A stretch of DNA of 63,065 bases, counting the filler, from Circinaria calcarea (lineage: Eukaryota): the NCBI GenBank assembly GCA_051942165.1. It is 14 parts of 14 records of this genome, joined end to end, with 100 filler letters (N's around TTAATTAATTAA, not from the genome) between each part and the next. Parts side by side here need not be neighbours in the genome. Positions count along the whole stretch, not along the records: positions 36,185 to 40,589 come from JAVECS010002339.1; positions 40,690 to 45,094 come from JAVECS010002340.1; positions 45,195 to 49,591 come from JAVECS010002341.1; 11 more parts are not named here. One strand, written 5' to 3'. The translations under genes were made by a program, and so were the position numbers. The first letter of the stretch is position 1. Each line of letters starts with the position of its first letter. Positions 36,185-49,194 of the stretch are shown piece after piece. The notes below the pieces were generated by a model, which searched no databases, had not been told where the DNA came from, and worked only from the letters and a program-made list of their open reading frames with translations.

Positions 36185-37505
36185 AGGTCTAAATCTATCG
36201 ATCAGATACCTGTTCGGTATTCGTGGCCCGGGGGATGTCATGTTCTGCGCCTCAGACATTGGCTGGGTAGTGGGTACACTCGTACATTCTTTATGCACCT
36301 TTGCTGGCCGGCGCCACGACCGTACTATTCGAAGGCAAGCCCGTCGGTACACCAGATGCAGGAACACTCTGGAGGATTGTCGAAGAGTACAAAGTCAACG
36401 CCTTGAGCACCGCGTCCACCGTGTTGAGGGCTATCCGGCGGGATGATCCCGAGAACAAACATGTCGAAGCCGTTGGATTGCGAGGCGGATTGAAGCACCT
36501 CAAAGCGCTCTTCCTCGCCGGGGAGAGAAGTGAGCCGAGTATCGTTTGCATGTACCAAGACCTACTGCAGAGGTTCTGCACGCCGGGCGCGCAGGTCATC
36601 GACAATTGGTGGTCATCAGAATCCGGATCTCCCATTTCAGGCATCGCGTTGACCACAGGGAGTGGCCTCGATCAACTCAGCACGGAAACCCACCAACCTC
36701 TTCCGATCAGCCCGGGTTCGGCAGGAAAACCCATGCCCGGTTTCGATGTCCGGGTCGTGGATGATGAAGGAAAGGAAGTGCAGAAGGGCACAATGGGAAA
36801 CATCGTCTTGGCGATCCCGCTCGCACCTACTGGCCTGACCACGCTATTTGACGACGAGGAGAGGTTTTACAAAGGCTACATGAAACGCTTCAACGGGCAG
36901 TTGATTGATACCGGAGATGCTGGGATGATAGATGCCGACGGATACGTATATGTCATGTCCAGATCAGACGACATCATCAACGTTGCAGCCCATCGCTTCA
37001 GCACCGGTAAGTCATCCCAGTTCATAGCTTAGGGAACCTTCCTGATATTTACCGTACAGGCTCAATCGAGCAGGCCATCCCGTCTCATCCCGACATCGCC
37101 GAGTGCTGTGTTGTCGGAATCCCCGACACTCTCGAAGGCCACCTTCCATTCACATTCATCACCCTGTCCGCCCCGGAGCATCCGTCGTCGGCTGTCCCTG
37201 CCGACTCCCTCTTCAAAGAAGTACAAATGTCCATTCGCGAGCAAATTGGCGCCATAGCTTCCCTGGGCGGAATGATTCAAGGCAAAGGCATGATTCCCAA
37301 AACCCGGAGCGGCAAGACTTTGAGACGAGTGCTGAGGGAGTTGATTGAGAATGCGGTGCATGGAGAGTTTGACAAGGACGTCCAGATCCCGGCTACGGTG
37401 GAGGACGCTGCCGCGGTTGAGGTTGCGAGGGAGAAGATCCGGGCGTACTTTAAGGAACAGGGCGGTGACCTCCATCGAGCGACAGAGGCGAGGGCAAAAC
37501 TGTAA
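36185..37505 (+). CDS. Propionyl-CoA synthetase (PrpE/ACSS3-like), 5' partial, one apparent frameshift, PTS1 -AKL
   Basis: FCASDIGWVVG/HSYILYAPLLAGATTVLFEGKP, FLAGE, IDNWWSSESG, DTGD, SRSDDIINVAAHRFSTG, PKTRSGK; intron 37007-37059; ends ARAKL*. Confidence 0.9.
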
Positions 37506-38804
37506 TGTTGTTCGATGTATATAATTTTCTAGGACCACTTGTTGGAGATTATTCCGTGGGTCATCCAGTTCCTGTTAGGCTTTGGCTATCCAACAAACCG
37601 GCTCCGTGTGCGAATCTCAAACGTCGACATGGGGCGCGTGCCAAGCCCGTAAGTCCGCGCTTACGGAGTACTTCTCAGCCCCATCATCTTCTCGAGTTCT
37701 CCCATTCATCTCTCCTTCTCACGTCGCCGTCCAATCAACCACACTCTGAATAATTTTCACCCATGTGGCCGAATGCCGGATGATATTTCTCATTCGACCT
37801 CGGAATTTTCCCTGTGGCTGGCTCTATCCGCTGCGTGTATCACAGTGGTCGAGATTCAAACAGGTGTGTGTGCAGGAGCGGTGTGACCATCCAGCGGATA
37901 GTCCGCAGTCTCGATCCTGTCCAGGTACAGTAGCGAGACGACGTGCATCCATGTGCTCGATATGCGCCTTCGACCTCGGCCAGAATCGTTACTCGGTTTC
38001 ATGCCGGCACTGGCACGCAAACCGCTGCGACCTCATCGGTTTCACGGCCAAAAAACTTTGTCTATGCCGTTAACGTGGGGCAACTTTTATTTTGCATGTG
38101 AAGTCCTCCAAACATGGCGATCAACCGCGGTTTAAGTAAAAACGATCAATAATGGATTTGGGGCAGAGGATGATCGAGGTCTTCTGATTGATTCCTTCTC
38201 CCTTCTTCCTTCCCGTGGGGGCATCCGTTGGACGCCACCATCGGACCCACCTTGAAAAAGAAAAGTGAGTGCCCTTACCTTAGTGCTCCGGGCCTAGCCT
38301 CCACGCTAGTCTACTTTACCTCTGGTCTGCTCCCGCCACTTGGATGGAAGCGTCCCATTGGTCGCTCCGTTTGTTATCGATAGCCACGGGCTTGCCCTAA
38401 TCGTCCAGTGGATCACGACTTCACCTATTTTCGGCGCGAGCCAGAAGGAATATCAAGCATCATCGGGTGTTCCCCCCACAAGACTTCTTTCACGTGAATA
38501 CTAGTTTGTCTGCTTAGAAGAGCAAAGCCCGTCTTAAGAAGATCCTCTTCTCACCTTAGACGAGTGGACGGTGAATGGCACATTCGCTGATGGCGTGTTG
38601 CTTGCCATGATGAAACGTGAGCATGTCAAAGGTTCCGGGGACTTTTACCCTTTCCTCGGCGTCGTATCTAATGCATTGACAGTTTCTGTATCTTGGCGCT
38701 CCCCAAACAGAGCTCTCGACTGGACTGACGATTTGGGCCCCCACATCTGAGCGCTCATTACATCTCCCACCCATCCAAGAGCCTCTACCGGATAGAGTGC
38801 AGCC

Positions 38805-39938
38805 ATGAAACCGTCGTTCGAGGTCGTCGCCGACTTACACAAGGTTCACAGTACCTCAAGTGTCATCTCCACCACAGCCTCCTATCATTCTGCCCTCAGT
38901 CACACATACGAACTTGACTGGAAGGGAAATGCCACCACCGAACAGAATGGACAAAAGCGCCAGAGCCGAATCGACAGTGCCACCAAGAAATTTTCGATAG
39001 TACAAACAGACCTGCAAGCCGGATTATCTGCTACAGAGGGAGGATTATTTCAAGCAGCAGCATTACCTCAAATAATAACCGATGGGGAACAACACAGTAA
39101 CCCAACAAAGCTCACCGAACGGAAGTTCTCACCTATAGCAGCTTCGCAGTCAGATGGTACAAGTAACTTCATTCCACCAGCATTCTCGAAACCCACCAGA
39201 CCTTCTACCATTTCAAGCCGTCGCAGCTCAACGACTCAAAGACCAACAGCAACACCTCGTTCCAGCCGTCCACCATCAAGGAGGTCCGTGTCGGAAAGGA
39301 CAAAGCAGGCTCAGATGACGAGCCGTACAACACCTTCCCGAAGTAGCAGTACTGCATACAACAGAGATTACCGCGACAGCCCTTATGTGGTCCACCGAAG
39401 AGGAAAAGAGCTTTTCGACTCTCTCGAAGGCACGTTGGCTGCGTTTCAGACCGTGTCTACCGAGTATCAAGACCCGCTTCTCACATCGAGCCTCTCCGCT
39501 CTACCCAACCTATCCAAATGCTCGACTCTCGAAGTGCGTGGTGCTTCACCTGGATGCGAGTCTCTGGAGAAGGAAGAAGGTATTGCCATTTACACTCCTG
39601 CAACCATCATCGACTGGACGTCTCCATCCACGCGACGGCGGGAGTATGATGAGATTGATAGGTCGTGTCAAGGCATCCGAGGATTATGGCGACGTCTTGC
39701 TCCACGATGGTGTAGGCGAAACAGTCGACTGAGCTTCTACAATAGCGACAACGACAGCGATGCCGGAAGTGTAAGGAGGTATCGAGTAGATATCCAGAAG
39801 ATTCCCGATCAGAAAAATCATACCGATGCAGACGTCAGGGTGAAGGAGAAGGAGGTGCGGCCGGGCCTGAACAGATCAAAGACCTCGTGGACTTGTTTCC
39901 CTGCAAAGGGACGGAAATGGAGGGGGGCTATGAGTTGA
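38805..39938 (+). CDS. Hypothetical Ser/Arg-rich protein with a conserved-looking C-terminal block
   Basis: 377-aa uninterrupted ORF; C-terminal PATIIDWTSPSTRRREYDEIDRS..GIRGLWRR..PRWC...SDAGSVRRYR. Confidence 0.7.
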   Translation: MKPSFEVVADLHKVHSTSSVISTTASYHSALSHTYELDWKGNATTEQNGQKRQSRIDSATKKFSIVQTDLQAGLSATEGGLFQAAALPQIITDGEQHSNPTKLTERKFSPIAASQSDGTSNFIPPAFSKPTRPSTISSRRSSTTQRPTATPRSSRPPSRRSVSERTKQAQMTSRTTPSRSSSTAYNRDYRDSPYVVHRRGKELFDSLEGTLAAFQTVSTEYQDPLLTSSLSALPNLSKCSTLEVRGASPGCESLEKEEGIAIYTPATIIDWTSPSTRRREYDEIDRSCQGIRGLWRRLAPRWCRRNSRLSFYNSDNDSDAGSVRRYRVDIQKIPDQKNHTDADVRVKEKEVRPGLNRSKTSWTCFPAKGRKWRGAMS

Positions 39939-40589
39939 TTGAGAGTTCCTCTGTTTGACGATGTTGAGACAACAGGCATAGCCATTCGGAGTCCGGTGCC
40001 AAGGGCGTGATGCGGGATGCATACTTGTTTTATGCGATTATACCCAGGAACGAGTTTCCACTTGTTTGATAGACTGGATAAAATGCAGCGGCAGATTTTG
40101 CCATAATGCATGCCAAGAGATGACTGAAGACGGACAAAAAGGTCCTGCCAGAGCTCGTGCACACTTGACGATTACGTATCTCGGTCAACTCGATGTAGAA
40201 TAGCGAACGATGGTCACGAAGAAGTAAGCATGATCACCGTTCTTTATATCAAGCTTCCCGCCTACCTCCTCTCTAGAGTTTTGTGAATCCCAAATGGCCT
40301 ACAAATGCATGTTTGGGACAGGGTGGCACGCTTGAAAGCATCGAATTCATTGCTAGATCGAACTACTGCCAACGTTGCTCTGACTCGGCGATTTGATGAT
40401 TCAATAACTGGTTGGCTCGCTTAGCATTCCTCTAGGACTTTTGACCTTCCTTCTCGGGGAAATGCAGTAATGATCAATCCCATATCAGATACGCACATAT
40501 CTACCGAATGATACTGATCGCAGCCATGAGTGGGCGCAAATTGCCATTGGCCTCCAGCAGGGATCTCGTCGCGAGATGTACGTTATCTC

Positions 40590-40689
40590 NNNNNNNNNNN
40601 NNNNNNNNNNNNNNNNNNNNNNNNNNNNNNNNNTTAATTAATTAANNNNNNNNNNNNNNNNNNNNNNNNNNNNNNNNNNNNNNNNNNNN
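40590..40689. other. Artificial contig spacer
   Basis: N/TTAATTAATTAA/N. Confidence 0.99.
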
Positions 40690-41217
40690 GGACAGGAAAA
40701 CCTTCAGAGAATCATCAACTTGCACGATCTGGGCCTTTTGCCAAAGAAGGCGTTGGCAGAAACACCTGTGAATCAACGAAGTACGACATCAACCTCCGTC
40801 CGTCCCCACTGATCGCCCTTCTCCCTTCACCCATCACTCACAGACCACGAGTCATCCAGATATTTTTGGTACATACTTCTACTTTACAGGAGCTGATCAT
40901 GAAGCGTCGTTGCAGATAATTCCTACCACGAAGCTGCCAAAACCAAACCTCGCGCGCCCTACAGTACTCCGACATCTCAGATTACCGACCCGAGACCGGC
41001 ATACAGCCGTCAGATCTCGAACATTTCCAGCGCACAACGCTTTGTTGTGAAGAACGACCAGAAGAAGGAGAAGGAGCGTCGCAAAGAAGCAGAGAGGGAA
41101 CAGGAGAAGCCAAAGGGAAAGTCGTCGGCCGGGCGCAAGGCAGTGAAGCAGTTTTGGCAGCCACCGCCTTACAGTAACGGCGTACAGACGTCCTTCAACT
41201 GGCGATCCGGACGTCCG

Positions 41218-44200
41218 ATGGCGGGCATGCTCGAGTTGGAACGCTCGCGGACCCGTCGTGAAAGGACCTTCATCGGCAGCGAGTGCGCCGTGTGTGAAGA
41301 GCCTTTGGAGCATACCCTCCGGGGCGAACGCATCCTCCAATTCTCATGTGGCCATGTATCGCACGAGGCTTGTTTCTACGAGTATATCAAAGAATTCGAA
41401 TCGCAATACTGTCCAACGTGCAACGCGCCCTTGGGCTTGGATACAAGCCGAGGTGGTAACGTATTGGATCTAGGTACAGCTCGACTTCACTCGAAAGGCC
41501 GTGAGTTGATGCTAACATTGTGCGCTTAGAGAAACTCAGTAGTATCGTACGGTCCGTTGCTCAGGACAACGAGGCTCGAGATCAGCACAATCGAGATGCG
41601 CAGAACCCTCCCACACCTTTTGACAGCCAGACCATACGAGATCGTCCGAGAAGCCGGGAATCAAGTCACCGACATCAGCGCCTTGACAGTAAAGAGACGC
41701 TCCCACCACGGGATAGCAGAGAGAGCCAGCGGGACCGTATCGAACGATACGGATCAGGTTCACATAAGCAGCACGCCCGAAATGGCAGTGGAGGCACTGG
41801 AGCAGCCTCTTCAGCCGATTACGGTGAAGCCCAAGCACAAAATGGCGGTAGACGGCACGACTACGACGTTCAGTCTATGGAGACGGATCTGAGCAGTCCA
41901 CGGGTTAGCATGGCAAGAAATCCGATCCCTCCACCCACAGTCACAGTTCGCAGTGAATACCCAACCCTGACTCGATCACGACAATCGCAAACCTTGACCT
42001 GTTTGATCACCATCGAAGTTCCAGAGGGCAAATGGAGTCCCGATCCAGAAGATCTACGCAGTGCACATCAATTGCCGTCAATGCAGCCAGAAAAGGAAGT
42101 CGTCCGTCCGCAATCCCCTACGCCCAGCAGACAAGACCACTGGTCATCCGAGTCGCCTGAAGCGTTGGAAGAAATTACGGAGGACCTGCGGATTCGGGTC
42201 GACAACTGGCACGGCTTGGATTTTTCCAGGTATGTTTCAGTTGCTATGCGTGTCGCGTCAAAATCTAATGCAGTCCAGGTTCGGAAAGTTGCGGTTGCAT
42301 GGTACCATCCGAGTCGGCAAAGACCGCCAATCATGGCAGGAACTCGAATGCTACCTTTTCGCCGAGATGCTTATATGCATCAAGGAGAAGAAAGGCGCGG
42401 CACCACAATATGCAGATGGAAACTCCAAGCGCAAGCTCACCAGATGCACGCTTAAAGGGTCAATTTTGATCAAGAAGCACCTTCGGCAGGTGGAGTCGAA
42501 CCCGAGTACGTACAGCATGATACGGTTTGGGTATGCGTATGCGACACTGCTAACGTGGGTACGGTACAGACGAGCTTATCCTTACCCTGAGCCTGGCGGT
42601 GCAGGAACTGTCACAGTTTCATCTGCTGTTCCAAAGCAGAACGACGTTGGACCAATGGAGACGTGCGCTGCTTGATCTTAACGGAGTTGCCGGGCCAGCG
42701 CGAGGGCCGGAATATGAACAGGATTACTCAGGCACTGATGAAGAAGACTATCGAACAATGAAAACCAAGAGGGTGTCATCCGTCAACTCGTCCTGGGGAG
42801 CGGGCAGGTCCAACAACACCGCGCCCACCGAATATACCAGTTCCGCCCGAGGAGGAGTTTCCGATCCACGCATGCCGGCTTCGGTCCACGTGCCTCTCGA
42901 TCTGGTGGTGGTTATTCCCGTTTCGTCGTCCATGCAAGGCCTCAAAATTACCCTCTTGCGTGATGCATTAAAATTCCTCGTGCAGAACCTTGGCGAGAGA
43001 GATCGGATGGGCTTGGTGACTTTTGGATCCAGCGGCGGGGGTGTGCCCCTCGTGGGCATGACCACCAAAACCTGGAGCGGATGGGGCAAGATTCTAAACT
43101 CGATTCGTCCGGTCGGCCTGAAGAGTCTGCGGGCGGACGTGGTCGAAGGCGCGAATGTGGCCATGGACCTTCTCATGCAACGCAAGTCCAACAACCCGAT
43201 TGCGACAATTCTCCTAATCAGCGACTCGTCTACTTCCGACGGAGAAAGTGTGGATTTCGTGGTGTCTCGTGCTGAAGCTGCAAAGTTCGTATTCCTCATC
43301 TCCCGATCATTCGTCCGGATGGCGGTGCTGCAGATGCAACGCCGGCGAACGGGCCGCATGCAGCATCCCATGTTTTTGGCCGCACCTGCTAACGTCTTAC
43401 CCCTTCAGGATTGCAATCCACTCTTTCGGCTTAGGCACGACGCACAAGCCTGACACGATGATTGAGCTGTCAACTCGGACCAAGGCTTCGTACACGTATG
43501 TAAAAGACTGGATGATGCTGCGAGAATGCATCGCAGGCTGCTTGGGTTCCATGCAAACGACGTCGCATCAGAACGCCAAGTTGAAACTGCGTCTGCCGGA
43601 AGGGTCCCCTGCCAAATTTGCAAAGATCTCTGGCGCCCTGCAGATTACAAAGCGCACCGCTGGAAAGGATGCAGAGGCTGCTTTGGGTGATCTCAGGTTT
43701 GGTGACAAGAGAGGTAAGCATTAGCGTACGTGTGGTCGTTTGCTGCATGTTCTAATTCACAACTGCAGATATCCTCGTTCAACTGGTAATAGCCCCGGAC
43801 AATTCTTCCGAAGAGGACTTGCCACCGGACCATTGGGAGAGCATAGTCTCCGGCCTGGAGGCTCTAGGCGGATCCTTTGATCAAGACGACAACCGAATCT
43901 TGAGCGTCGAGGAGGTCCCCCTCATCCAAGCTGACCTTACCTATGGCGACATCCTTCGCGATGGCACACTGACGCATCTGCCACGCCCTTCCCTTCTTGC
44001 AATCACCATGCTCCCTGCCAACCCTAGGTCCATGAAATCAAACCGACCCGCTACCCCACCTATCCCACCTCATCCATCCATTGTCCAACGCCGAATGGAG
44101 CTCCTCACTTCTGATATGCTGACCCGTGCCCTAACCCTCGTCTCACGTGGACAACACGAGCGAGCCTATCATCTTCTTAACGAGACACGGTCTATCCTCA

Positions 44201-44655
44201 AGGGCCTCGCCAAAGGTGGCCTGCCCCCGGTACCAAACTCGGCAACACCCAAACCCTCGTCTGCTCCTTCGTCGCCTCACAACGGTACAAACACTGCTGC
44301 CAACTCCCCCACTTCTGCCAATGGCGAATCGTCTGATCGCCACCCAACTCCCCCACGATCCGAATCTTCCCCTTTCTCCCCGGCCTCCGGCGTCGATGCA
44401 ACTGCTCTTGCAGCTCTTGATACTGAGCTGGAAACCAGTTTGGAATGGATCAATCATCCAGCCGTTTTTGGTCGAGATAGTCGGAAAGCCGTTCTGCAGG
44501 CGATTGGTGTCATCGGTAGTCAGAGGGGATACACATTCCGGACCCCTGCGGAGAGCCTGTGGGCAGGGCGAATTGCAGGTGTCAAGAGATTGACGAGCCG
44601 CAGCAGAGAGTGGAGAGAAGTCGGTGAAGGTGAGGCACTGATGGAGGAAACTTGA
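41218..44655 (+). CDS. RING-H2 + PH-like + vWA domain protein (Far1/Ste5-type architecture), about 5 introns
   Basis: CAVCEEPL...CGHVSHEACF...CPTC; PH-like FGKLRLHG..ECYLFAEMLICIKEK; vWA PLDLVVVIPVSSSMQGLKI..DRMGLVTF..ILLISD. Confidence 0.85.
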
Positions 44656-45094
44656 GAGGTCGCTTTGACTCTCTCTAATCTCTCCCTCTGTGCTATTTGT
44701 CTGATGACTTCTTCATTTCCATCTGTAGATGCCTGCGCTAATGTTCTTTTTGGGTGGCTGTTTGGATATGCATGCTCATGGACGATATGTATGATATTCT
44801 CTTTTGGTTTGTGTCATTTACCTTGTATCGTGCATCGATCTCTTGGGGGTAGTGGACTTGGGTAAAAGCCGATATGCTCTCGCATGGCAAATTTACAAGC
44901 GGGACGAAAGGTAATCGAGTATACCACCGGCTGGGCTTTGTCAGTACATGAACATGACAAGACCCGAGGTCGACTGACTAGTGCACGTATGGTGGGTATC
45001 TGATTATCAAGGTGGAATGGAAAGGCTTTGAGGACACCCCGGGGGGATTTGGCGGTCACGTTCCCCCATATATCGTGGATTCGAGCTATATTTG

Positions 45095-45194
45095 NNNNNN
45101 NNNNNNNNNNNNNNNNNNNNNNNNNNNNNNNNNNNNNNTTAATTAATTAANNNNNNNNNNNNNNNNNNNNNNNNNNNNNNNNNNNNNNNNNNNN
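45095..45194. other. Artificial contig spacer
   Basis: N/TTAATTAATTAA/N. Confidence 0.99.
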
Positions 45195-46342
45195 CAATCC
45201 CACCTCCACATCCCCTTTATCCACATCCACGCTCCCCACAAACCTCACCACTTGCCCCGCTTTCTCCGCATCCGCTTTCACCTTCTCCATCTCATCGTCA
45301 AAGTCCCCTAACCGAGATAAGAACTCCTCGCCACTAGAAACATTCTCTAGTTCCTTGGGAATCAAGCTTTGTACCGGGAAAGCACTCGTGCTCTCTACTT
45401 TCAATCCGGCTAGCCGAGCTAAGATGACGAGTTTCCTGGCAACATCCAAGCCGTTGAGATCGTCTCGGGGGTCCGGCTCCGTAAAACCCATCGACTTGGC
45501 TTTCTTCACTTCTTCGCTCCATTTCCCACCTTTGGAGCCGTCGGACGGGGCGAAGCTATTGAATAGGAAAGACATGGTACCCGAGAACACTCCTTCGATA
45601 TGATGCACGACGTCGCCAGTCTCGACAAGCTCTTTGAGCGTAGATATCACTGGTAATCCCGCCCCAACAGAAGATTCATGGTATACCAGTCCACCGGTAG
45701 GTTTTGATGGAGAGTATGCAGCCGAGAAGATGTCACTCCATAGAGCCCAGCTACCACTAAAGGCCTTCTTGTTCGGCGTCACCACGCTGATCCCCCGTTG
45801 CAGGAACGCCGGATATGAGTCGGCAACGGCTTGACTGCTGGTGTTGTCCACGAGCACGCATTTTCCAGGCGCATTAGAGAGGTATTCGATTATTTCGGGT
45901 GATGAGAGGACGGGTTGGGAAGAGGTGGCCAGGTCGTGTGGCCAGGTGTCGAAGGAGAGAGACTGCGCAAAGGAGGAGACGAAGAGGCATTTGGTGCTGC
46001 GGGAGACGAGACATAGAGACAGGTGGGGATAGCGGGTAGTGAGTTGAGCGAGTTGGGAGAGAAAGACGGAGCCGACACCGCCGGCACCTAGAGGGCGATT
46101 AGAATACTGGTAAAAGTTTGAGCAACGGATATGATGTAGCCCTGGAAAGTTTTATGATGTATTCTTTCGAGGAACTCAAATCAAAGTAGAGAAGCAGCAG
46201 AAATGTCCAACACATAAACTTCCATCCCCTCAACCCAAATCAACAGCGTGCAAAAACTCAAACACCAATTCACAAGATACAGAAGCCAAAGGAACCCAGC
46301 CTTACCTATCACCGCAATATATACCTTCTCCAACGAAGTCAT
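45195..46342 (-). CDS. HOM6: Homoserine dehydrogenase, 3' partial
   Basis: MTSLEKVYIAVIG|AGGVG (intron of about 217 nt), VDNTS, VVTPNKK, HESSVGAGLPVI, SGTMSF, GFTEPDPRDDLNGLDVARKLVILAR. Confidence 0.95.
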
Positions 46343-47675
46343 CTTTCAATTCCTTACTCGAACACTTGCCACAAATTCCTTAGATGCAAACTCCAACCGA
46401 GGCACACGAGGGGAACCCCAAGCATAAAAGTACTCATCCTTCTCGGAGCGGCATAACATTTTCCCAGCCATTGAAACTCCCATTCGAGGTTTTTGCACTT
46501 GATCGTTGAACGTTGAAGTGACCGTCCGTTCGATCAACTATTTTATGGTGTGGCATGAGTTTAAAAATCCCGAGGAACGGTCTAATATCAGGGGGGAGCC
46601 ATGCCTGAGCCATGGCACTTTGTACAGAGGTTTGTGGGAAAACTCCAGGGGTCACTACGGAGAGTGTAGGCGGGCAATAATACGCTTCGGCAGGAATTGG
46701 TAAACTAAGGTTCCCTGAGTGGGGGCTTCATATGATGACTTTTTGTATGGACATCAGGGAAACCTATGGCGATGGTGTTTGGGCAATAAGTTTGATGGGT
46801 TGCAGTGTGAACATATATTTAATTTCCGATATTGTATGCTCTGATCCGAGTAAACCCTGTGATTATCCAGGGAAACTATGCAGCTGTCCTCATTCTCGGG
46901 ATTACAAACAAGCACGGAACAGCGGAGAGTGAAATCCCTAACAAACAATTATAGAATAAGGCCAAGTGAAGATGTAGACGGGAGGGAGCTGTTTGATTAC
47001 GATGAGAATGTCTGTGAGTTCTATTCAGTGGTATAAAGAAGCTGAATGCTGAATATCTGCATCCCAAAGCAGCGTGACTCCGTCGAGTAAAGCTAGAGTG
47101 AAGCTATGCTTATGCAATGGAGGCAAGCTCCTAGATGGTGGTGATTGACAGCGGAGTCCGCTGTCCCCTCATATATCGGCAATGATGGGCGTGGAAGTGG
47201 ATTTAGACGTAACGAGCTCGAGAAGCTCCCGAGAATGAATATAGGACAATAGTCGAGCTAACGGTTTCAACACATTCTGGTATATATCATGATCCCAATG
47301 GTAACCGAGATTATAGATCAACACGCCCCCTGATTCAACCAGGAACGTGAGTTCACTTGGTCGGAGGAGATGGATATTCAACACCGTATTTTCAACATAG
47401 TGTTGGTCCTATATGGAATGGTTCACCCGAACACAAGAGTCATTGTGGGGTATTTAAGACTCGCTCAGTACAGCATTCGCAGACTTGACATTGCATTGTC
47501 AAACCACATGACCCAAAAATCAAAATACTGCACTCTGGAGGTAAAGCGGTACAGGACTCAAGCAAAGCAGGGCAGCTTGATGAACAATGTAAGATCACAT
47601 TCAATAGGAACTCAAAGCAGTGAGATACTGACTTTGCCACAGAGATATTTCCAAATCTTCGTAACACCCATTACG

Positions 47676-48293
47676 ATGTCTCAAGCCCCGTTTCCACTGA
47701 TGAAGTTACCTCAAGAGCTGCAGAACATGGTTTACCGTGCTCATGTCACCTTGCCCGATGAGGTGACGCCCGTTATAATTCCAACCTCGTCTATGCCGTA
47801 CTTTGACAAGTACTTCCCAGTCATCGGTCTGTACGCGGAAGACTATCAAGATCGGAGGATTCTAGGTTTCCGTCACCCTAGGTTTCCACCATCGGTACTT
47901 GACTTCCTGCTGGTATGCCGCAAGGTCTACATTGATTGCCGTACCTTGTTCTATGATTCAAATGTGTTCTTTTTTCCTAGCATGAATCTTTTCTCTTCAT
48001 TTCTCCGGGAGGTCGACCTGCCACGTTTGCAGTATCTGCGAAGTATCGAAGTACATTACTGGAGCCAGCGGGGTGCGTCAGATGCTCTCCAATTACTTTC
48101 ACAAGCTGAGCGCTTTGAGAATTTGGTACTCCATATCGGACATGGTGTACTCAGGCAAACACCGCAAGAACACTTTTCCCATACGAGGAGTCCAGATTTG
48201 GTACTTGATACCGTCATTGCTGGGCGCGGACTTTCTCTTGACAACATCGTCCATGAGGACTCTTATTATCTTGTTATGTGCGTTCTATTCTGA
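47676..48293 (+). CDS. Hypothetical protein with an F-box-like N-terminus
   Basis: FPLMKLPQELQNMVY...FLLVCRKVYIDCRTLFYDSNVFFF...LRSIEV, a common Pezizomycotina F-box-like pattern. The ORF also extends upstream to 47370. Confidence 0.6.
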   Translation: MSQAPFPLMKLPQELQNMVYRAHVTLPDEVTPVIIPTSSMPYFDKYFPVIGLYAEDYQDRRILGFRHPRFPPSVLDFLLVCRKVYIDCRTLFYDSNVFFFPSMNLFSSFLREVDLPRLQYLRSIEVHYWSQRGASDALQLLSQAERFENLVLHIGHGVLRQTPQEHFSHTRSPDLVLDTVIAGRGLSLDNIVHEDSYYLVMCVLF

Positions 48294-48420
48294 GGAGAGA
48301 TTGAAACATTTGTCATGGCGCTTGGGCCTTCTTTGAGCTTTCCAGTAGCGCTGTTTGACACTGGGCAAAGTACAATTGGTGGTTAAATGGATCTTGACAA
48401 CATTAGCTATTCGACTTGAA

Positions 48421-48863
48421 TTAATGTTTAAAAACCATACTCGGTCTCTTTTGCTGATGCCAAACAACAACCTTCTTAATACTCTCCAGGAAAGAGACCA
48501 CTCCCCTTGGTGCGTCCTTCATTCCATACTCCCCAACCACATCTTTCCGCAAGACAGGGCGCTCCAATTCATAAACGGACAGAATCCTGTAAGCGTAATC
48601 AAACCCTTCCCAATCCTTATGCCGCGCATTGAACTCGACGTTCCCGATCACCTGCATGATGTGTCTGGGCTGGTAATATTTTGCAAATGCAAATGCAAAT
48701 GTATCTGATGCAAGAGGATGGTGCTGTGAGATAGAATTAAAGGCGCTGGACGGGGAGCCGGACTAAGTACTTGCGGAACTCGTAGGTCTTCTCCCCCGTG
48801 ACAATTCGAGCCATGTATGGGATTTCGCGCATTGATAAAAATTGCATCAGAGTATCTGGACAT
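48421..48863 (-). pseudogene. ASCH/PUA-like domain protein, disrupted
   Basis: Reconstructed DAILSMREIPYMARIVTGEKTYEFRKY..VQRL*FYLTAP..IRYICICICKILPA../IGNVEFNARHKDWEGFDYAYRILSVYEL..YGMKDAPRG. Two frameshifts; TAA at 48739-48737. Confidence 0.7.
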
Positions 48864-49194
48864 GACACCTTGTTGTGGTGGAGAAGCCTTGCTTACCGTT
48901 GAAGAGAGATATATAAAAAGACGGCGTAAGATTTTCCATATGAGGGGACCATAGCCTTCTGGTAGATAGTAAGCTGTAAGATTCGATTGTTTTGGTGAGA
49001 TACGCTCTATCAGTTGAGAATATATTCAAAGCAAGAGATGCTCCTTCCCAGAAATATCGAGATAGTACCTAGGGAAATATCCAATCGATATTTCTGAACC
49101 ATTGTTACAGCTCGACCAAAGGCGAATATATACAGGCAAGGGTTATGTAATTTCAAAGGCTACTTACATTCGATACCGACCAATAATGGGCAGT

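Noticed and set aside
43272..43408. Longer GC-rich intron with local self-complementarity in the RING-vWA gene
   Set aside because: Only short stems and no snoRNA or riboswitch motifs; insufficient evidence for an ncRNA.
46733..46844. Possible C/D snoRNA (ATGATGA...CTGA)
   Set aside because: No terminal stem and no recognisable rRNA-complementary guide.
10596..48739. Stops at expected Trp codons (BTB TAG, ASCH TAA) as A-to-I restorative editing sites
   Set aside because: Both genes also carry frameshifts that editing cannot fix, so ordinary decay or RIP is the simpler explanation.
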